Shown: in pieces, positions 17,798-27,119 of the stretch
Layout of the letters: each line of letters starts with the position of its first letter
Numbering within the stretch: position 1 is the stretch's first letter
Source: an uncultured Acidobacteriota bacterium
GTDB taxonomy: Bacteria; Acidobacteriota; Terriglobia; Terriglobales; Acidobacteriaceae
DNA: 32,000 nt
Direction: 5' to 3'
Assembly: GCA_963696525.1 (NCBI GenBank)
Contig: CAVOKO010000012.1
Coordinates: 1,024,275-1,056,274, forward strand
Made by a program: the position numbers and the translations under genes
The notes under the pieces: generated by a model
Databases searched by the model: none
What the model was told of the DNA's origin: nothing
Seen by the model: only the letters and a program-made list of their open reading frames with translations

Positions 17798-18037
17798 ATG
17801 AGCACTACGAAAGCCATAACGGATCCGTCGGAAATGGAGTTTTTGACCGAAGCGCCGGCATTGCAGGAACGTCCTGCGCCGGCAGTCGCCAAACCCGGAA
17901 TTGCGGCGCTGTTGATGAAGTGGATCGGTTACGAATGTCAGGTGCGGGAGGAGACGACAACGCTACCGACCACGAACGATGATGTCGAAGAGCAGTGGGA
18001 GAAATGGGTGCACGGTTGCGGTCGAGGAGTGCGGTGA
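17798..18037 (+). CDS. Small hypothetical protein
   Basis: Track ORF 17738..18037; likely start at the internal ATG (MSTTKAITDPSEMEFL...) preceded by GAACGA. No recognised domain. Confidence 0.4.
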   Translation: MSTTKAITDPSEMEFLTEAPALQERPAPAVAKPGIAALLMKWIGYECQVREETTTLPTTNDDVEEQWEKWVHGCGRGVR

Positions 18038-18338
18038 AGATCTCGCCTCAAGAGGATTGCCGCTGTTCCCGGCCCCCGCGGTGCATACCTCAGCACAAAG
18101 GCGTCATTCCACCGAGTAGGTGAAGTCCGTGTAATCGGCTCCCCTTTGGCGATAACGCCGGGCACTACTTCGGCCAGCTCCAAGGGCAAGATACGGCAGA
18201 CGCGGCGCCGGCGAACACCGGCGCGGCGCCCCCGTGAAGTCGGTCAAGACAACTGGATCGGAGGGCTTTTTTGAAACGCTGCACGCCGATACGGCTGGTA
18301 TTGCAGGAAGCTTCCTCCGCTAAGGAGAAATGCAAGAC

Positions 18339-18710
18339 ATGAGTAAGAAGATTCTACTGGTGGATGACTCGAAGATGGTACTGATGATGGAAGAGATGAT
18401 CCTGGGCACGAAACAGAACTATACGCTGATCAGTGCAAAGGATGGCCATGAAGCAGTCGAGAAGGCGGTTGCCGAGTCGCCCGATCTGGTGCTCATGGAT
18501 GTGGTCATGCCCAGGATGAATGGCTTTCAAGCTTGTAAGCGACTTCGGGACAACAAAGCCACCTGCGGCATTCCTGTCATCCTGGTGACCACCAAAGGAC
18601 AGGAAGAGGATGTGGAAGCGGGCTTTGAGCACGGCTGTAGCGACTACCTGACGAAACCTATTCACGAGCACGAGCTCATCAACATGGTGGAAGCGTATCT
18701 GGGAGAGTAG
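18339..18710 (+). CDS. CheY/PilG-like single-domain response regulator
   Basis: KKILLVDDSKMVLMMEEMIL...LVLMDVVMPRMNGFQACKRLR...PVILVTTKG...GCSDYLTKPI: DD, D, T, K receiver residues present. Confidence 0.93.
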   Translation: MSKKILLVDDSKMVLMMEEMILGTKQNYTLISAKDGHEAVEKAVAESPDLVLMDVVMPRMNGFQACKRLRDNKATCGIPVILVTTKGQEEDVEAGFEHGCSDYLTKPIHEHELINMVEAYLGE

Positions 18711-18714
18711 CTGG

Positions 18715-19401
18715 TTGAAACAGATGCCTCGCAAAAAACCAACTCGAGCCGATGGCCTGAAGGGACCGACACACAAACGAGGGGCGAAGACTCCGCGCGC
18801 TCAAGTGCCCCAGTACCCCGCAGACACGGCGAGCGTCCCCGCGCACATTCGACAGTTACAGCAACTGGCGGGGCTACAGGACAACAATCGTAACCTAAGC
18901 GTGAACGCGGACAGCGCGTTTATCCGTGCATCGCGGCTGTTAGTGGCCCACTCGCAGATGAACTCGGCGAGCACCCGACAGGAAGCGATTGCAACGGTCA
19001 CTGAAATTCTCGTCAACTTCATCGGGACCGAGCGGTTTGCATGTCTTACATTTCGCAAGGATCGAAGACAACTTGAATGCCTCTTTTCGATGGGAATCGA
19101 TGACGATCGGATCGCGGAGCTGGAACTGGCCTCGGAAGAAACGGAGGCCCTGCTTGGTAGCGAAACACGGATGAGCATGAACGGCCTTGCCGGCTGCAAC
19201 GGTTCAGAACCCGTCGCGGTCGTGCCGCTGAAATTGAAAGACGAACCCTTCGGGTTAATCGTTATTTTGGCTTTATTGCCGCAAAAGAATGGTCTGGAGC
19301 GCCGGGACTACGCACTGTGTGACTTGTTGAGCAAGCATGCTGCCGCTTGTATCTCGCGCAATGCCAATACAAATGGGGATGTGAGACGCGATGATTCCTA
19401 G
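18715..19401 (+). CDS. Putative GAF-like sensory protein
   Basis: 228 aa; 'QEAIATVTEILVNFIGTERFACLTFRKD...VVPLKLKDEPFGLIVILALLPQKNGLERRDYALCDLLSKHAAACI' resembles the GAF layout. Embedded in the chemosensory cluster. Confidence 0.6.
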   Translation: MKQMPRKKPTRADGLKGPTHKRGAKTPRAQVPQYPADTASVPAHIRQLQQLAGLQDNNRNLSVNADSAFIRASRLLVAHSQMNSASTRQEAIATVTEILVNFIGTERFACLTFRKDRRQLECLFSMGIDDDRIAELELASEETEALLGSETRMSMNGLAGCNGSEPVAVVPLKLKDEPFGLIVILALLPQKNGLERRDYALCDLLSKHAAACISRNANTNGDVRRDDS

Positions 19402-19924
19402 AGATCAGCTCCATCGGTTTGTGCCAGCGGATCGCGCGCCGCAAATGGGCCCCGTTCCGAGCGAAGTCCGAGGAACGACGAAGGAGTTTCTCCACCCCGG
19501 CCAGACGTGCGTTTCGTCCGAACCGTGTACCGTGACGACCATTGTGGGCTCTTGCGTCGTGGTCTGTCTCTGGGACCCTATTCTACGGATTGGCGGTGTG
19601 ACCCACTACATCCTCGCGCAGTGGGATGGCACGGGGCAGCCGTCATCGCGATACGGCGACATCGCAATTGAGTTGCTGGTTAACAAAATGGCGGCGCTCG
19701 GCAGCTATCGGAACAAATTGCAAGCGCACGTATTCGGCGGGGCCTGCATGTTCGAGTCGCTGCGCGGGCGCAAACAGTCCCTGAGCGGGATGAATATTGA
19801 AATCGCCCTCAAATTGCTGGCGAAATACAACATCAAGATTGTGACGCAGCAGGTTGGAGGGCGGAAGGGCCGCAAGGTCGTCTATCAAACTTTCGACGGC
19901 AGCTTCACGGTGAAGGAGGTTTAG
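19391..19924 (+). CDS. cheD: Chemoreceptor glutamine deamidase CheD
   Basis: TTIVGSCVVVCLWDPILRIGGVTHYILAQ...RYGDIAIELLVNKM...LQAHVFGGACM: CheD catalytic Cys and His context. Confidence 0.92.
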   Translation: MIPRDQLHRFVPADRAPQMGPVPSEVRGTTKEFLHPGQTCVSSEPCTVTTIVGSCVVVCLWDPILRIGGVTHYILAQWDGTGQPSSRYGDIAIELLVNKMAALGSYRNKLQAHVFGGACMFESLRGRKQSLSGMNIEIALKLLAKYNIKIVTQQVGGRKGRKVVYQTFDGSFTVKEV

Positions 19925-19931
19925 CTTAGCC

Positions 19932-21590
19932 ATGCTGGTTGATCGCCAAGCCGTTCTACGAATCTTCCTGGCAGAGACAGAAGAGACACTCGGCCAGATG
20001 GAGGAGGCTTTGTTGCTCCTGGAGGAGCGGCCAGGCGACGACGAGATTCTCGGACAAATATTTCGCGTCGCGCACATGCTGAAAGGGAACGCGGCCGCTC
20101 TCGACTTCAAAGAAATTTCCAGCTTCGCACATTCAATCGAAGGGCTGCTGGCCTCGATCCGGGCCCGGGAGATCTCCATCGACAAGGAGATCATCAACCT
20201 GCTGCTGCAAGCTGTTGACGCGCTTCGCAGCATGGTTCCAGCGGCGGCGGCCGGTGAAGACAATTGTTCGCCTGCTCACCTTCAGCTGATAGAGCGTTTC
20301 CGGGAGTTTACGGGCGCGGCTGAAACGGTACGCGGACGGTCGGCTGATGCGCCTCCGGCCAAAGAGCAGGCGCAAGCCACGCCATCCGGAGCCATTGAGC
20401 GCGCGACTGCGCGCACGCTGCGCATCAACGTGGAGAAGCTCAACCGCATGCTGAACCTGGCGGGCGAGATTGGAATTGTCCAGGGACGCATGCGGCAACT
20501 GATCGAGAATGGAGGCAGCCGCGGCAGCGACCAGGTTCTGGAGACACTGCGCGACGCCGACCGCCTCACCATGGAGTTGCAGGAGCAGGTGATGGACCTG
20601 CGCATGGTTCCGATCGGTCCGATGTTTCACCGCTACGCGCGTATGGTTCGCGACCTTGCGCAGAAACACGGAAAACTAGCAAGGCTGGTGGTCGAAGGCG
20701 AGGAAGCCGGAGTTGATACGGCTGTAATCGAGCACATTCGCGATCCGCTCACGCACATGATCCGGAATGCAATCGACCATGGGATTGAGCTTCCCGAGGT
20801 GCGCCTCGCCGCCGGCAAGGATCCCGTCGGGAGTATATCGCTGCGGGCCTTTCGTGAAGCAGGCATCATCGTGATCCAGTTGGCCGACGATGGTGCCGGG
20901 CTGAACCGAGGCAAAATCGCACAGCGCGCGCGGGCCCTGAACGTGAGTGCCGACCCGGACAAGTTGTCGACGCAGGAACTGAACCGGCTGATCTTCGAAC
21001 CGGGATTTTCCACCGCAGAGCAGGTTTCCGAGACCTCCGGAAGAGGCGTAGGAATGGACATCGTGCGCCGCAACATCGAAGCGCTTCATGGGCGGGTCGA
21101 GATCGAGAGCGAGGAAGGGCGTGGTGCCACGGTTACCATACGTCTTCCACTGACGCTTGCGATCATCGAGGGTTTCTCGGTTGGGGTTGACAAAGAGGTA
21201 TACGTGCTGCCCCTCGATGCCATTCTGGAGTGCGTGGAGCTGCCGGCCAACGGTCTCGCGAGAAACGATGGGCAAGGGGTCATGACACTGCGCGGCGAGC
21301 CGCTGCCGTACATTCGATTGCGCCATTTGTTTGGTCTTGAAAGCGGCAAACAGAGAGAGAACGTTGTGGTTGTCGGCTACCAAGGCGGACATGCCGGGAT
21401 CGTCGTCGACACGCTTTACGGCGAGCACCAAGCCGTGATCAAACCCTTGGGAAGTTTGTTTCAAGATTTACCTGGTATTTCGGGCTCTACGATTTTGGGA
21501 GATGGCCGCATCGCTTTGGTTCTGGACGTACCGGGACTTTACCGAGCAGCCCTGATGGAAGAACCGTTGGGAACGGCGGCTTTGAACTAA
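19932..21590 (+). CDS. cheA: Chemotaxis histidine kinase CheA
   Basis: 552 aa; HPt RVAHMLKGNAAAL, dimerisation LRINVEKLNRMLNLAGEIGI, HATPase DPLTHMIRNAIDHGIE, DDGAGLNRGKI, GRGVGMDIVRRNIE, C-terminal CheW-like domain. Confidence 0.97.
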   Translation: MLVDRQAVLRIFLAETEETLGQMEEALLLLEERPGDDEILGQIFRVAHMLKGNAAALDFKEISSFAHSIEGLLASIRAREISIDKEIINLLLQAVDALRSMVPAAAAGEDNCSPAHLQLIERFREFTGAAETVRGRSADAPPAKEQAQATPSGAIERATARTLRINVEKLNRMLNLAGEIGIVQGRMRQLIENGGSRGSDQVLETLRDADRLTMELQEQVMDLRMVPIGPMFHRYARMVRDLAQKHGKLARLVVEGEEAGVDTAVIEHIRDPLTHMIRNAIDHGIELPEVRLAAGKDPVGSISLRAFREAGIIVIQLADDGAGLNRGKIAQRARALNVSADPDKLSTQELNRLIFEPGFSTAEQVSETSGRGVGMDIVRRNIEALHGRVEIESEEGRGATVTIRLPLTLAIIEGFSVGVDKEVYVLPLDAILECVELPANGLARNDGQGVMTLRGEPLPYIRLRHLFGLESGKQRENVVVVGYQGGHAGIVVDTLYGEHQAVIKPLGSLFQDLPGISGSTILGDGRIALVLDVPGLYRAALMEEPLGTAALN

Positions 21591-21602
21591 GAGGAGACGG
21601 TC

Positions 21603-23145
21603 GTGAAAAATTGGAGCATAGCGACAAAATTAGGGGTTGCGTTCGGCGTTCTGCTCGCAATTCTTATCGGTATGGTGTGGCTGAGTATTGACCGCATGGG
21701 CAAGATGCACGCCACCCTCGAGCGCACAGTGAAAGACGATTTCCAGAAGCTGCGCCTGACCAATGATGGCGCTCGAATCACGCTTGAAAACGGGCGCGTT
21801 ACCATGCAAATTTTCCTGGTCAAAGACGGGCCATCCAAGCAAACGCTGCTCGCACTGAACGACCAGCTAGCGCCCAAAGGCCCCGAACTCCAGAAGAAAC
21901 TGGGAGAGATCCTCACCACCAACCGGGAGAAGGACTTATTCGCCAAGGTGCTCGAGGGTCGCCAACCTTACGTTGACGCGCGTGCGGTGGCCAAGAAGCT
22001 CGAACGCGGAGGGGCAGCATGACGAGGCGATTTCGGTGGTGGACAATCAGGTGATGCCTCTGCTTAATAAGTACGTTCAAAGTTGGGACGCACTCTTTTC
22101 CTACGAGGAAGAAAGAATCCTCGCCGCTTCCAAGGAAAGCCTCGAACTGTTTAATTCCGCCCGTAACCTCACGGTCGGGCTGGCTCTGTTCTCGGTTGGG
22201 TTCTCCATAGTGTTTGCCGTGCTGATCATTCGCGGCATCAGCAAGCCGGTGCTCGGGGTCGTCCGGCTGGCGGAGAGAATTGCCTCCGGTGATCTGCGCG
22301 ACGAGGTGGAGGTGAACTCTCGGGATGAATTCGGCAAATTGCAGGCGGCGATGAAGAAGATGTCAGGGAAGTTGTCGCAGGTGATCAGCGAAGTTGGAGT
22401 AGGAGCCGATTCGGTCTCCTCGGCGTCGGCACAGCTTGCGTCGTCTTCCCAGAGCCTGTCACAGGGAACCAGCGAACAGGCTGCGGCCCTCGAAGAGACC
22501 AGCGCCAGCCTGGAGGAGATGAGCGCATCGATCAACCAGAACGCCGAGAACAGCCGTACGGTGGAGCAGATGGCGCTGACCGGCGCGAAGCAGGCGGTAG
22601 GCAGCGGTGATGCGGTCGTCAAACTGGTGGAAGCGATGAAGATCATCGCCGAGAAGATCACCATCATCGAAGAGATCGCTTACCAGACGAATCTGCTGTC
22701 GTTGAATGCGGCAATTGAGGCGGCAAGGGCCGGCGATCACGGCAAGGGCTTCGCGGTGGTGGCCTCGGAAGTCAGAAAACTGGCGGAGCGCAGCCGGGTC
22801 GCGGCGAAGGAAATTACCGGCATTGCCGACTCCAGTGTCACGGCGGCTGAAGATGCCGGTCGGATGCTTGCGGAGTTGGTGCCGTCGATCTCAAGACCGC
22901 CGAGATGGTGCAGGAAGTTGCCGCCGGCCTCGCACGAGCAGGCGTCGGGCGTGGCGCAGATCAACAAGGCGATGGGGCAAGTGGACGAGTTGACGCAACG
23001 TAATGCCTCCGCGTCGGAAGAGCTTTCCAGCACGGCGGAAGAGCTGTCGGCGCAAGCCGAATCCTTGCAGGAGCTGATTGCGTTCTTCCAGTTGCCGGGA
23101 GCAGTGGATCGGCCGGGGCAACGGGCCACGGCAAGTGGAGCATAA
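21603..23145 (+). CDS. Methyl-accepting chemotaxis protein, interrupted by a frameshift near 22,000 (two track ORFs 21603..22022 and 21973..23145)
   Basis: N-terminal TM plus four-helix-bundle sensor in the first ORF. HAMP and MCP signalling domain ([40 protein letters not shown]) in the second. Continuity restored by a 1-base change. Confidence 0.88.
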
Positions 23146-23346
23146 CGTGTATGGCGATGTGCCGCCGAAACTGGCGGCTCATAGCGCCGCGCCTCGTGTC
23201 GCGATGGTTTCTCGCCCCGGCGCTGGCAAGAGCTGCTGCGGCCGCTTCAGGTGCAGGTCAGGATTCCGGGTTTCAGCGCTTCTGAGCGAACCGAACGGAG
23301 CGCACCGGATCATTCGGCCGGGCACATGCATGCATGGGAGGGCAAG

Positions 23347-23866
23347 ATGGAGGAAGTCAGGCAACTCGATAACGCGCAGCAGTATTTGACGTTTATCCTG
23401 GGGGGCGAGGAATACGCAATTGCGATCCTGCGAGTGCGGGAGATCCTCGAATACAGCCACGTAACTCGTGTTCCGAGCATGCCGGACTGCATCTGCGGAG
23501 TGATCAATCTCCGCGGCAGTGTCTTGCCAGTCATAGACCTCGCGATCAAGTTCGGATTGCCGCCGACAAAGCCTACCAAGCAAACCTGCATCGTCGTTGT
23601 AGAGGTCGAGCTGGGACGGTGAGCAGACGGTTCTGGGCGTATTGACCGACGCTGTCAATCAGGTGATTGAGCTTAGAGATGCGAATATCCAGCCGCCTCC
23701 TGCATTCGGAACGCGGGTACGACTGGAATTCTTGCGAGGACTGGGCGAGGTTGAAAATGGCTTTATTCTGGTGCTCGACATAGACCGGCTTCTGACCAGT
23801 GAGGAGTTGCTTACCGCATATCCGGCGCTGGCCATGGCCGACACGGAATCGGTCCCATCTGCTTAG
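23347..23866 (+). CDS. cheW: CheW-family coupling protein, interrupted by a single-base frameshift near 23,614
   Basis: QQYLTFILGGEEYAIAILRVREILEYSHVTRVPSMPDCICGVINLRGSVLPVIDLAIKFG, then a shifted frame giving (D)GEQTVLGVLTDAVNQVIEL... Confidence 0.87.
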
Positions 23867-24038
23867 CGCCGGGCAGCAGATGGCGAGAGCGGCAGTGGCA
23901 GTGGAAGGACAAAGATGGAGCCAGCGGACGAGTTGATAGAGCGCAGCGTCTCAGCGTTGGATGAGCTTTCGAGCGCGGCGGACAGCTGTCGGCGCCGGTG
24001 GTTCTGACCGGGTCAAGGAGAGAAACGCGGAAGTGAAG

Positions 24039-24983
24039 ATGCACACCAAGCCGGCGGCAATCGCTGGGATCCCCGAGGTATCGGACCGGGAATTCGCCTG
24101 TTTTCAAAGCTTAATCTATCGCGAAACGGGTATTTACCTCTCGCCCGTCAAGCGTACCTTGCTGGCGGGCAGGCTCTGCAAGCGGTTGCGCACCCTTAAT
24201 CTCGGGTGCTTCAGAGAATACTACGAATTAGTCGAGAATGACCTGGCGGAAAAAGAGCAGATGATCAATTGCATCTGCACGAATGAGACGCACTTTTTTC
24301 GTGAAAAGCAGCATTTCGAGTTTCTCGAAAACAGGGTATTTCCCGGCTGGAAGGCCTTGGCAAGTGAAGGACGGCGTTCTCGTCGTATTCAGGTGTGGAG
24401 CGCGGGCTGCTCGACGGGCGAAGAACCATATTCGCTGGCGATGTTCTTGCTGGATCACTTCGCAGCCGGAAACTGGGACATTGAGATTTTGGCGAGCGAT
24501 ATTTCGACTCGGGCGCTGGCTCGGGCCGAAAGCGGTACGTGGCCCATCAGCAAGTTGGTGGAGTTGCCCGAGCGTTATGTGACGAGGTACATGCTCCGGG
24601 GTACTGGGAAGTACGCGGGCATCATGAAAGCCGGACCGGAACTGCAATCGAGTATCAGATTTCAGCGTCTGAATCTCAATACCGATGTCTATCCACACGG
24701 GAGATTCGACCTTATCTTCTGCTGCAACGTGCTTATTTATTTCAGTGCGGACTCGAAGAAGAGCGTGCTCGAGCGTATGGCGGGACATCTGGGACAGACC
24801 GGATACCTGATGCTCGGGCACGCTGAAACTTTGAATGGCATAACGGATCGTTTGCGCCCGGTCGCGCCGACCATATACACTTCCTACACGAACGCCGCGC
24901 AGAACAAAGCATTCAAGCCTCACGCTCTGGCTACTGCGCGCGCCGAACCGGCTTCCTTGCAGTGTCCAGAGCCGGCACAATGA
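24039..24983 (+). CDS. cheR: Chemotaxis protein methyltransferase CheR
   Basis: FQSLIYRETGIYLSPVKRTLLAGRL, TNETHFFRE, IQVWSAGCSTGEEPYSLAM, DLIFCCNVLIYF. Track ORF starts at 23961; internal ATG 24039 is more likely. Confidence 0.95.
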   Translation: MHTKPAAIAGIPEVSDREFACFQSLIYRETGIYLSPVKRTLLAGRLCKRLRTLNLGCFREYYELVENDLAEKEQMINCICTNETHFFREKQHFEFLENRVFPGWKALASEGRRSRRIQVWSAGCSTGEEPYSLAMFLLDHFAAGNWDIEILASDISTRALARAESGTWPISKLVELPERYVTRYMLRGTGKYAGIMKAGPELQSSIRFQRLNLNTDVYPHGRFDLIFCCNVLIYFSADSKKSVLERMAGHLGQTGYLMLGHAETLNGITDRLRPVAPTIYTSYTNAAQNKAFKPHALATARAEPASLQCPEPAQ

Positions 24984-26086
24984 CCATTTTGTCGAAGCCC
25001 ATCAACGTTCTTGTGGTCGATGACTCCGCTCTCGTGCGGCAGGTCGTAGCCGCCATTCTGTCTCAGGAACAAGGTATCCAGGTCACGGTTGCTGCAGACC
25101 CGCTCATCGCCATGGAGAAGATGGCCCGGGAGCGGCCCGACGTGATCCTTCTCGACCTGGAACTGCCGCGCATGCACGGCCTCACGTTCCTGCATAAGAT
25201 CATGTCGGAGGATCCCATTCCGGTTGTCGTGTGCTCCGGAGTGGTGGCTTCGGGCGGCGCAGCGGCGATCGCAGCGCTGGAACAGGGCGCAGTTGCGGTC
25301 ATCACCAAGCCGAAGATGGGAGTTCGAGACTTCCTTCACGAATCGGCTCTTATGCTGATTGACACAGTGGTGGGCGCGGCGCACGCAAAATTACGAAACA
25401 AACGCGTTCGGCCCGACCCAGTCCGCACGGCCGACGTGGTTGCTCCCAAGCGGCGGTACACGCAAAGCGGCGGCGGTTTGGAAAAAATCGTCGTGCTCGG
25501 CGCCTCTACGGGCGGACCGGAAATGATTGGCTGGATTCTTCAGCAACTGACGCCGGAGTGTCCTGGTCTGGTCATCGTCCAGCATATGCCGGAAACATTT
25601 ACCGGAACCTATGCCCGCCGCTTGAATACGACTTGCCGTATCGAAGTCAAAGAAGCGGAAGAGGGCGACCGCGCCACGCGAGGACGAGCTTTGATTGCGC
25701 CTGGCAATCACCATCTGGTCCTACGCCACGACAACGGCTACCATGCGACCTCTGTTGTAGATGGGCCGCTGGTCAACCGTCATCGCCCCAGCGTCGATGT
25801 CCTGTTCAGGTCTGCGGCGCAGAGTGCAGGCCCAAACGCATTGGGCATCTTACTGACCGGCATGGGAAACGACGGCGCCCAAGGACTTTTGGAAATGAAG
25901 AAAGCGGGCTCACTCACCCTCGCCCAGAACGAGGCTACAAGTGTTGTGTTTGGGATGCCGAAGGAAGCCATCGCACTCGGAGCTGTTGAGAAGGTGGTGT
26001 CGCCTTCGCAGATCGTGGCGGCAATCTCGGCATGGTCGAACACGCACACGGTGAGAGCGGCAGCGGAAAGAATCAAGGGCCACTGA
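24980..26086 (+). CDS. cheB: Chemotaxis response regulator protein-glutamate methylesterase CheB
   Basis: Receiver NVLVVDDSALVRQVV...VILLDLELPRMHGL plus methylesterase LGASTGGPEMI, VIVQHMP, LLTGMGNDGAQGL. Track start is 24962; MTILSKPINVL at 24980 is an alternative. Confidence 0.96.
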   Translation: MTILSKPINVLVVDDSALVRQVVAAILSQEQGIQVTVAADPLIAMEKMARERPDVILLDLELPRMHGLTFLHKIMSEDPIPVVVCSGVVASGGAAAIAALEQGAVAVITKPKMGVRDFLHESALMLIDTVVGAAHAKLRNKRVRPDPVRTADVVAPKRRYTQSGGGLEKIVVLGASTGGPEMIGWILQQLTPECPGLVIVQHMPETFTGTYARRLNTTCRIEVKEAEEGDRATRGRALIAPGNHHLVLRHDNGYHATSVVDGPLVNRHRPSVDVLFRSAAQSAGPNALGILLTGMGNDGAQGLLEMKKAGSLTLAQNEATSVVFGMPKEAIALGAVEKVVSPSQIVAAISAWSNTHTVRAAAERIKGH

Positions 26087-26331
26087 TTTGCCCTGTCGGT
26101 TCCAATGCCGCGTGGACGGAAATGCGGCCCGCCAGAATGAGAATTGACTTAGCAATCTTGAACTTACATAATTAGCGCCTGGGTGTTGGAGTTCACCCTT
26201 AACCGCCCCGCGGGGCAGATGACTCCTACAAGGAATTTTCTTGTGAAGGTCGTCTGTCGGCGCTGTTTCAAATCCCTCCCAAGACGATTCCCACAACTCA
26301 GGTAAGCCCCGCTGCGAATGGCTATGCTGGA

Positions 26332-27096
26332 TTGAATGAGGTTCCGGCGATGACGGCTGTCTTTCATCGAGAAGAAGAGATCGACGCCTTGCGCAAGCGC
26401 ATTGCGGCCCGCAAGTCGGTATTGCTTCATGGGCCGTCAGGCGCCGGAAAGACGTTGCTTCTCGAACACGTCATGCCGGACTTCCCTCCTCTCTTGTACT
26501 GTGCGCAGGCAAGCAGTTCGCAAGGGGTATTCCGCAGCCTGGCCGAGGTCCTGGTGCAGAAGAAGGATGCGGAGATCCTCCGCAGACTGGGCGGTAGCCC
26601 GGCGGACGTCATCCGGAATAAGACGGCTGTTTCACTCAAGGGCATTGTCATAAGTGTTCTGCGTGGAACGAAGTACTTGGTTGTTCTCGATCACCTGCAT
26701 CGTCCCTCGCATTCCTTCGCTGCGATGGTTCATGATTTAATGACCTCCTGTTCCGTCCCCGTCGTCGCCGTAGCGAGGTCCGCGCATATGGAAGATGCTG
26801 GATTCTTCGCCCCGCTATTTCCGGACCGCGCCGATAAACTCTCGATCAAGAACTTCGATCCGGAGACGGCCCAGGAGTTCGCTCAACTTACGGCAAAGAA
26901 TCGTATGTTATCGGCAGAAAACCTCGGCGATTTTCTCACCCGTCTGATTGAGTTCAGCGAGGGCAATCCGGGAGCGATCGCGAGCATGATTAACATGGCA
27001 ACGATGTCGAAGTATCGCCTTGAGGATCACATCATAGCCTCACCGCTTTATATCGACTTTCGGCTTCAGTGTGCAGCCGCGGCTTCGAGTAGATAG
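26332..27096 (+). CDS. Small AAA/STAND-like ATPase
   Basis: 254 aa; Walker A LLHGPSGAGKTLLLEHV, Walker B-like KYLVVLDHLHRP, Sensor-like VVAVARSAHM. Confidence 0.75.
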   Translation: MNEVPAMTAVFHREEEIDALRKRIAARKSVLLHGPSGAGKTLLLEHVMPDFPPLLYCAQASSSQGVFRSLAEVLVQKKDAEILRRLGGSPADVIRNKTAVSLKGIVISVLRGTKYLVVLDHLHRPSHSFAAMVHDLMTSCSVPVVAVARSAHMEDAGFFAPLFPDRADKLSIKNFDPETAQEFAQLTAKNRMLSAENLGDFLTRLIEFSEGNPGAIASMINMATMSKYRLEDHIIASPLYIDFRLQCAAAASSR

Positions 27097-27119
27097 ATTG
27101 AAAAGCAAGCAGTGGTAAC

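Noticed and set aside
20676-21464. 262-aa minus-strand ORF inside cheA
   Set aside because: Fully antisense to a well-supported CheA coding frame; typical GC-rich shadow ORF.
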